A stretch of 64,000 nucleotides of DNA from a virus, in IMG/VR virus record IMGVR_UViG_3300035670_000069, positions 1-64,000 of that record, one strand, 5' to 3'. Each line of letters opens with the position of its first letter. Position 1 is the stretch's first letter. The translations under genes and the position numbers were made by a program. Positions 58,293-64,000 of the stretch are shown here, piece after piece. The notes under the pieces are model-generated. The model did not search any database. It saw nothing but the letters and a program-made list of their open reading frames with translations, and was not told where the DNA came from.

Positions 58293-58954
58293 TGAAAAAA
58301 TCAGCATTTGAGTATAAATATTTAAATGGTTCAAAAAATTTTAAAAAGCAGGTTCCATTTTATATTGATAACTTTTTAACAAATCAAGAAATTGTTGATT
58401 TAAAAAAAGCAATATTGGATGGCAAGGACACGTCTGTAAATAAAAATGGGACAGATTATGTTAACTTTATTTGCCCAGATAGCATTGAAAAAAAATCAAC
58501 TGAAATAGGAAATGACGTATATGATTTAGAATTAAAACTTTTACATAAATCATATATTGCGTATAAATATAATTCTGAACAAGAAACAATTTTGTCTCCA
58601 CACATAGATAATACAGAAAATATAATTACTATAGATTATTGCTTAGATACAAATATAGATTGGCCTATAACTATATGTGATATAGATAATAATTTTGATT
58701 GTAATGATTTTTCTATAAGGCCAAACCAAGCACTAGTTTTTAGCGGAATAAATCAGGTTCATTGGAGGCCAAAAAGAATTTTTTCTGAGGGCGAATTTTG
58801 CGACATTGTTGTTTTATCATTATCTTCTATAGAAGCGGATATAGAAAAAGATAACAATTCCAAAGTAAATCATGTTTTAAAATATTTAGAAATAAACAAA
58901 AGACCAGAAATAATTGATGCTTTTAAAAAATATAATGGGGGTAGCCTTGGCTGA
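58292..58954 (+). CDS. Putative 2OG-Fe(II) oxygenase, tandem paralog 4
   Basis: LSPHID...IDYCLDTNIDW...FSGINQVHWRPKR. Confidence 0.75.
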   Translation: MKKSAFEYKYLNGSKNFKKQVPFYIDNFLTNQEIVDLKKAILDGKDTSVNKNGTDYVNFICPDSIEKKSTEIGNDVYDLELKLLHKSYIAYKYNSEQETILSPHIDNTENIITIDYCLDTNIDWPITICDIDNNFDCNDFSIRPNQALVFSGINQVHWRPKRIFSEGEFCDIVVLSLSSIEADIEKDNNSKVNHVLKYLEINKRPEIIDAFKKYNGGSLG

Positions 58955-59735
58955 ATTACACAAATACTTAACTGGGTTTGATCAATATAATAAGGATTTG
59001 CCATTTTATATTGATGATTTATTTTCAGAAGATCAGGCTACAAGAATTAAAAACTTGATAGAAAAAAATAGAAAAATTGAACCTTTTATAATTGGGGATA
59101 GAATTGAAGATGGTTATATTAGGACATCAACTTTTAGAAGTAGGTATCAGCCAAAAATTGCTAAAAATATGTCTAGAACATTGATTGAATTTGATATGCC
59201 AGAAGATTGTGAAAAACGACTAGATGAAATAGCAAAACCACTATATAAAGAAGATATAGCGCTATGTCATTGGAATTATATAGATTATAATTTAAAGTAT
59301 GGGTATGGAGACAACAGTCCAGCGCTTCCGCCACATTTAGATGCAGATGAAAATTTAGTAACAATAAATTATTGCCTTGACACTAATATAGAATGGGATT
59401 TGTATGTGGGGAACTGGAATGATACTGGGAATTTTACTAAATATACTTTGGGTGCAGGACAAACAATTGTATTTAGTGCTGTTAATCAAATTCACTGGAG
59501 ACCAAAACGTAAGTTTAAAGATGGTGAATTCTGTGAAATTATAAGCATGGATTATTGTAGACTAAGCAGTTATAGATTTACTGGAGAAAAAAATCCAATA
59601 GATCCAGAGCATTTTCCAGAAAAAAGAAAAGAATATTTGGATAAGTTACAGTCTAGGCCAGACATGATTTCTGCTTTTAATTTATGGAATTCCGAAGGAA
59701 TAAAAAATAACATACCTATAGAATCGATGGGATAA
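58947..59735 (+). CDS. Putative 2OG-Fe(II) oxygenase, tandem paralog 5
   Basis: LPPHLD...INYCLDTNIEW...FSAVNQIHWRPKR; probable TTG start after GGGGGT. Confidence 0.75.
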   Translation: MAELHKYLTGFDQYNKDLPFYIDDLFSEDQATRIKNLIEKNRKIEPFIIGDRIEDGYIRTSTFRSRYQPKIAKNMSRTLIEFDMPEDCEKRLDEIAKPLYKEDIALCHWNYIDYNLKYGYGDNSPALPPHLDADENLVTINYCLDTNIEWDLYVGNWNDTGNFTKYTLGAGQTIVFSAVNQIHWRPKRKFKDGEFCEIISMDYCRLSSYRFTGEKNPIDPEHFPEKRKEYLDKLQSRPDMISAFNLWNSEGIKNNIPIESMG

Positions 59736-60040
59736 TGGAAAATCAACAAACAACAATAGAAATGATTAATGGTTTATCTGAAATATCTGAGTATATGGAA
59801 GATGAAGAACTTACGTCAGCACTAACAACAATAGCAAAACTTATTTTAAAGCCAGACATTCCAATGAATGTAGCAACTCTTGAAATAGTTAGGCTTCAGG
59901 CAATTGCTGCAAAAATGTCACTAAAGGCTACGTGGATGGCTAATGTTGATAAAAGCAATAGGGGTAAAAAGAATATTTATTATACAGCAGCAGAGGCAAT
60001 TAATAATCTTGTATCTGCTCTTAAATACATCACTCGCTGA
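59735..60040 (+). CDS. Hypothetical helical protein
   Basis: TAATG-coupled 101-aa ORF. Confidence 0.6.
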   Translation: MENQQTTIEMINGLSEISEYMEDEELTSALTTIAKLILKPDIPMNVATLEIVRLQAIAAKMSLKATWMANVDKSNRGKKNIYYTAAEAINNLVSALKYITR

Positions 60041-60075
60041 TTTCTGATATAATAGTTAAAACTTAAAGGATACTT

Positions 60076-60936
60076 ATGACAAAAAACTTGTTAAAAGAAG
60101 TAATGATTAAAAAAGAAAAGAAGCCAGAAATTGTCAAGCATGAAGTGTTTGATGTAGAAGGAATGATTGAAAAAATACAGTCTGGATACCTTGTTGGGCG
60201 TGAGCCAAAACAAGAAAAAAAGAAAACCTTTGCTCCATCAACTTTGGCGTACGGCCAAGGAGAATGTCCTAGATATTGGTATTTAGCATTTGAAGGTGGA
60301 ATGTTTGAGAAAAATGACACACCATATGGCGTAGCCAATATGACTTCTGGAACATTATCTCATGACAGGATTCAGGATGCTATGCTTAAATCTGGCATAG
60401 CAAAATCTTTCTTGGATGAGAAAGAAACAGAAAAGCAGGGTAAAGAGGTTTATACTACAGAGTTTAAGGTTATAAATAATGATCCACCAATCTTTGGATA
60501 TGGCGATGCTATGATCCTGTGGAATGATGAAGAGATTGTTGGAGAAATTAAAACAATGCCTAATGATGCATTCGAATATTTTAAAACTGTACAAAAGCCT
60601 AAAAAGGGTCATGTTATTCAGTTATTAATATATATGAAGGTATTAGATAAAGCAAAAGGTGTTTTAATTTATGAAAATAAAAATAATCATGAATTATTAA
60701 CATTTCCAATACAAGTAAACAGTCACTATATTCGGTGGGTAAATCAAACATTTGACTGGTTGCGTGAGACAAGAAAGGCATGGGTTGACAAAACCTTGCC
60801 CAAGAAAAATTATAGATCTAATTCAAAGGTCTGTAAGGTATGTCCATTGCAACAGGCATGTGCTGATGCTGGGGACGGAACTATAAAAATCAAATCCCTG
60901 GAGCCACTAGAAGATGAAACATTGCCAATGGTGTGA
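60076..60936 (+). CDS. Cas4-like PD-(D/E)xK exonuclease
   Basis: PS.L..GECPR, GT..H..IQ, GYGD...GEIKT, QLLIY, CKVCP....C. Confidence 0.85.
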   Translation: MTKNLLKEVMIKKEKKPEIVKHEVFDVEGMIEKIQSGYLVGREPKQEKKKTFAPSTLAYGQGECPRYWYLAFEGGMFEKNDTPYGVANMTSGTLSHDRIQDAMLKSGIAKSFLDEKETEKQGKEVYTTEFKVINNDPPIFGYGDAMILWNDEEIVGEIKTMPNDAFEYFKTVQKPKKGHVIQLLIYMKVLDKAKGVLIYENKNNHELLTFPIQVNSHYIRWVNQTFDWLRETRKAWVDKTLPKKNYRSNSKVCKVCPLQQACADAGDGTIKIKSLEPLEDETLPMV

Positions 60937-61204
60937 TAAAGAGTTTGAATCAAAGATATCTTATCAGATCTATTGTTCTGAAGAATGCAGAGATGCTGCA
61001 ACTAAAGAAAAAATAGCACAAAGGTATATTCAAACAAGAAGGCAAAAACGAAAGGGAAAGCATAGGGTTTGCAAACAATGTGGAGAAAAATTGTCTATAT
61101 ATAATGACGATCCACTATGCGTTAAATGTAATATTCATCCAGGAGACGTAAAAAAAGCATTAAAAGAAATAAAAGGAATGACAAATGCTAAACGAAAAAA
61201 GTGA
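60914..61204 (+). CDS. Zinc-finger protein
   Basis: CQWC...YCSEEC...CKQC...CVKC. Confidence 0.7.
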   Translation: MKHCQWCDKEFESKISYQIYCSEECRDAATKEKIAQRYIQTRRQKRKGKHRVCKQCGEKLSIYNDDPLCVKCNIHPGDVKKALKEIKGMTNAKRKK

Positions 61205-61748
61205 AATATATAATATTTGTGCAATAGATGCAAGCACAAATAGTTTAGCCTTTGCTATTTATTCTCACGGCAAGTTAGCAAAATATGGAAAGATAAACTT
61301 TGAAGGCAAAGATGTATACGAAAAAATAATTGACGCATGCAAAAAATCTAAAGCACTGTTTACTTATTATAATTGCATGCAGGCTATAGTAATTGAGCAT
61401 ACTGTTTTTATGAATTCCCCCAAAACAGCAGCAGACCTAGCACTTGTTCAAGGTGCAATTCTTGGAGGTGCTGGTATGGCGGGGATTAATAAAATAGGCA
61501 AGGTCTCGCCAATAACCTGGCAAAGTTATCTGGGTAACAAAAAATTAACTAAAGAAGAACAATTACAGATAAGGTCCGCCAACCCAGGCAAATCTATTTC
61601 TTGGTATAAAACCTACGAAAGAGATTTTAGAAAGAAAAGAACCATCAAGTTATTAGATATTATTTATGATAAAAAAATAGATGACTATGACGTAGCAGAC
61701 GCCTGCGGTATAGGTCATTGGGCAGTCAATAATTTGGAGAAGGCATGA
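61185..61748 (+). CDS. RuvC-like resolvase
   Basis: AIDASTNS, IVIE, LALVQGAI, P.TW, DVADACGIG. Confidence 0.85.
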   Translation: MLNEKSEIYNICAIDASTNSLAFAIYSHGKLAKYGKINFEGKDVYEKIIDACKKSKALFTYYNCMQAIVIEHTVFMNSPKTAADLALVQGAILGGAGMAGINKIGKVSPITWQSYLGNKKLTKEEQLQIRSANPGKSISWYKTYERDFRKKRTIKLLDIIYDKKIDDYDVADACGIGHWAVNNLEKA

Positions 61749-61981
61749 ATAAGGCTGAACTTAAAGTAGAAATGTTGATGGAACATCTTTTGCTACAAAA
61801 TGCAATAGAGGTTGAGGGGTTTGACAAAAGCACTGGGGAGACGGTATACTCTATTACAGACAAACTAAAAGAGGTGGCCCCAGAAATGTATGCTGACTTA
61901 AACAAACAATTCACCGCTCACATGCTGGCCCTAATTGATGAGGGGCCAAAAACAATGAGGTGGAAAATAAATAATGCCTAA
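61745..61981 (+). CDS. Hypothetical protein
   Basis: ATGA-coupled 78-aa ORF. Confidence 0.6.
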   Translation: MNKAELKVEMLMEHLLLQNAIEVEGFDKSTGETVYSITDKLKEVAPEMYADLNKQFTAHMLALIDEGPKTMRWKINNA

Positions 61982-62129
61982 TAAATTTTATACTAACTCT
62001 GATTGGCTGCGTAAAAGATATGCTGTAGATAAAAGATCTCCACAAGATATTGCAAAAGAGTGTGGTGTATCCGTAGAAACAATATATGTATATTTGGCAA
62101 AATTTGGATTAAGGAAATCAAAGCGATGA
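61974..62129 (+). CDS. Small HTH DNA-binding protein, 51 aa (absent from the ORF track)
   Basis: Read by hand: MPNKFYTNSDWLRKRYAVDKRSPQDIAKECGVSVETIYVYLAKFGLRKSKR. Confidence 0.8.
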   Translation: MPNKFYTNSDWLRKRYAVDKRSPQDIAKECGVSVETIYVYLAKFGLRKSKR

Positions 62130-62371
62130 CAGAAAAATTTAATATTACAGTTGATCAGGTAAATCATCCAACTCATTACACCTCAGATCCTTCAGGTGTT
62201 GAGTGTATTCAAATTACAAGACATAGAAACTTTAATATAGGAAATGCCTTTAAATATCTTTGGAGAGCGGGATTAAAAAACCAAGACACTCAAATTGAAG
62301 ATTTAAAAAAGGCTATCTTTTATATTCAGGATGAAATTAAAAGACTAGAGGGCAGACATGTCAACGACTGA
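62126..62371 (+). CDS. DUF3310 family protein (T7 gp1.7 nucleotide-kinase-like)
   Basis: DQVNHPTHY....ECI...FNIGNAFKYLWRAG.K..EDLKKA.FY; start at the ATGA overlap 62126. Confidence 0.85.
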   Translation: MTEKFNITVDQVNHPTHYTSDPSGVECIQITRHRNFNIGNAFKYLWRAGLKNQDTQIEDLKKAIFYIQDEIKRLEGRHVND

Positions 62372-62894
62372 AGAAGACTTAACCAAACACTTAGATGAGA
62401 TTAACACCGTTGTTGGAGAATATCTAAAAGGTAATGACGCTACCAAAATATCTAAAGATCTTGCTATACCAAGAACCCGTGTAGTACAGCATATCAATGA
62501 GTGGAAAGTTATGGCCTCTGCCAATGATGCAATTCGTGCACGTGCAAAAGAAGCCCTTGCTGTTGCAGATACACATTATAATAAATTAATATCTAGATCA
62601 TACGAAGTAATTGACGAGGCATCTCTTACTAATAATCTAAGTGCTAAGACTGCAGCAATTAAATTAGTAATGGATATTGAATCTAAAAGAATTGATATGT
62701 TACAAAAGGCAGGTTTGTTAGAGAACAAAGAACTGGCAGAAGAAATGCTGCAAATAGAAAAGAAGCAAGATATTCTCATGGGTATTTTAAAAGATATAGC
62801 ATCAGAATATCCTCAAATACGTGATGAGATTATGCGTAGGCTATCTGATATTTCTAAAAAGGATGAAGTGATTACAATTGTCCATGATGTTTGA
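62358..62894 (+). CDS. Putative terminase small subunit
   Basis: N-terminal HTH (YLKG..ATKISKDLAIPR), helical body, overlaps the TerL start. Confidence 0.55.
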   Translation: MSTTEEDLTKHLDEINTVVGEYLKGNDATKISKDLAIPRTRVVQHINEWKVMASANDAIRARAKEALAVADTHYNKLISRSYEVIDEASLTNNLSAKTAAIKLVMDIESKRIDMLQKAGLLENKELAEEMLQIEKKQDILMGILKDIASEYPQIRDEIMRRLSDISKKDEVITIVHDV

Positions 62895-64000
62895 TGATTT
62901 TTTAGAGGCCCTTGCTGATAATCATTTTGAAGAAACTCCAGTAGATGCAAAAACTTTTGTTGAGTCTCCAGATTATTTGGGACAGCCAGCACTTTCTGAT
63001 ATTCAATACGACATTGTAGAAGCAATGAGTCAAATTTATCGCAAAGAAGATCTTCAAACAATTATGGGAGAAGAGGAAGGAGCAAGATATTATGAAAAAT
63101 ACACAAAGAACGAAATTATTCTTCAACTTGGGAAGGGCAGTGGGAAGGACTTTACCTCTACTGTTGCCTGCTCTTATATTGTATATAAGTTATTATGTCT
63201 TAAAGACCCTGCAAGATATTTCGGAAAACCAAGTGGAGATGCAATAGATCTTATCAATGTTGCTATTAATGCACAGCAGGCTAAGAATGTTTTCTTTAAA
63301 GGCTTTAAATCAAAAATAGAAAGATCACCTTGGTTCGCTGGCAAGTATGAAGCAAAGGTAGATTCTATTAGTTTTGACAAATCAATTACAGTTTATTCTG
63401 GACACTCAGAAAGAGAGTCTCATGAGGGCCTTAATCTTTTATTAGCAGTTCTTGACGAGATTTCTGGTTTTGCATCAGAGGTGGCAACAGGAAATGAACA
63501 AGGAAAGACTGCTGACAATATCTATAAAGCATTTCGTGGATCAGTTGACTCTCGCTTCCCTGATCTTGGCAAAGTAGTTCTTCTTTCGTTCCCAAGATAT
63601 AACGGAGACTTTATTTCTGAGCGGTACGAATCAGTAATTGCAGATAAAGAAGTTATAAGCAAAACACATAGGTTTATTATTAATCCATTATTACCAGAGG
63701 ATGATAAAGATAATTGGTTTGATATTGCTTGGGATGAAGATCATATTAAATCATATAAATACCCTGGAGTATTTGCATTAAAAAGACCAACATGGGAAGT
63801 TAATCCTACAAGAAAAATTGATGATTTTAAGATTGCCTTTATGACTGACCTTGGAGATGCAATGATGCGTTTTGCTTGTGTGCCAACATATGCTTCTGAT
63901 GCATTTTTTAAGCAGGCTGACAAAGTAAGGGCATGTATGACTATTAGAAATCCTCTTGATGCCTTTAGAAGATTTGAGGAAAACTTTAAGCCAGACCCAG
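62887..64000 (+). CDS. terL: Terminase large subunit (partial, runs off the window)
   Basis: Read by hand: MFDDFLEAL...LQLGKGSGKD (Walker A), NVAINAQQAKNVFF, AVLDEISGF (Walker B), VVLLSFPR, PTWEVNP. Confidence 0.92.
   Translation, partial: MFDDFLEALADNHFEETPVDAKTFVESPDYLGQPALSDIQYDIVEAMSQIYRKEDLQTIMGEEEGARYYEKYTKNEIILQLGKGSGKDFTSTVACSYIVYKLLCLKDPARYFGKPSGDAIDLINVAINAQQAKNVFFKGFKSKIERSPWFAGKYEAKVDSISFDKSITVYSGHSERESHEGLNLLLAVLDEISGFASEVATGNEQGKTADNIYKAFRGSVDSRFPDLGKVVLLSFPRYNGDFISERYESVIADKEVISKTHRFIINPLLPEDDKDNWFDIAWDEDHIKSYKYPGVFALKRPTWEVNPTRKIDDFKIAFMTDLGDAMMRFACVPTYASDAFFKQADKVRACMTIRNPLDAFRRFEENFKPDP

Noticed and set aside
60076-60936. Cas4-like gene as evidence of a CRISPR-Cas system
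   Set aside because: No cas1/cas2 or array; solo Cas4-like nucleases are common in phage replication modules.

Overview
This is a 64-kb segment of a large, AT-rich tailed phage with siphovirus-type morphogenesis genes. The host is probably an Actinobacterium. That is an inference from a PASTA domain, a secreted SLT/lysozyme-like enzyme, many leaderless extended -10 promoters, and a DnaE/NrdJ/RecA gene set like that of large actinophages. All real genes but one are on the + strand. The order is: tail-fibre/adhesin region (1-14.4 kb), 2OG-Fe(II) oxygenases and class II RNR (14.5-19.2 kb), a large minor structural protein, portal-protease/scaffold-capsid-neck-tail-tape measure-tail tip (23-47 kb), and a replication/recombination module (47-62 kb: DnaB, primase, SSB-like, DnaE, MazG, RecA, resolvases, Cas4-like nuclease). 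That last module is interrupted by five tandem oxygenase paralogs and followed by the terminase, truncated at the window end. I saw no tRNA, integrase or CRISPR array. The best candidate for an undescribed system is a cassette that occurs twice (3.3-6.8 kb and 11.4-15.8 kb). Each copy has a fibre ending in the same adaptor domain, then a protein with a simple peptide-repeat tract ([N/D]T[V/Q]n or FSPF[G/S]n), then a Hint (intein-like) domain, then 2OG-Fe(II) oxygenase gene(s). This suggests autoprocessed, post-translationally modified, repeat-variable virion appendages. Other notable points are a DnaA-box cluster in front of the capsid operon, duplicated tail-chaperone genes in place of a frameshift, a nested scaffold start, and ten oxygenase-fold genes. 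All assignments come from reading motifs by eye; no database search was run.
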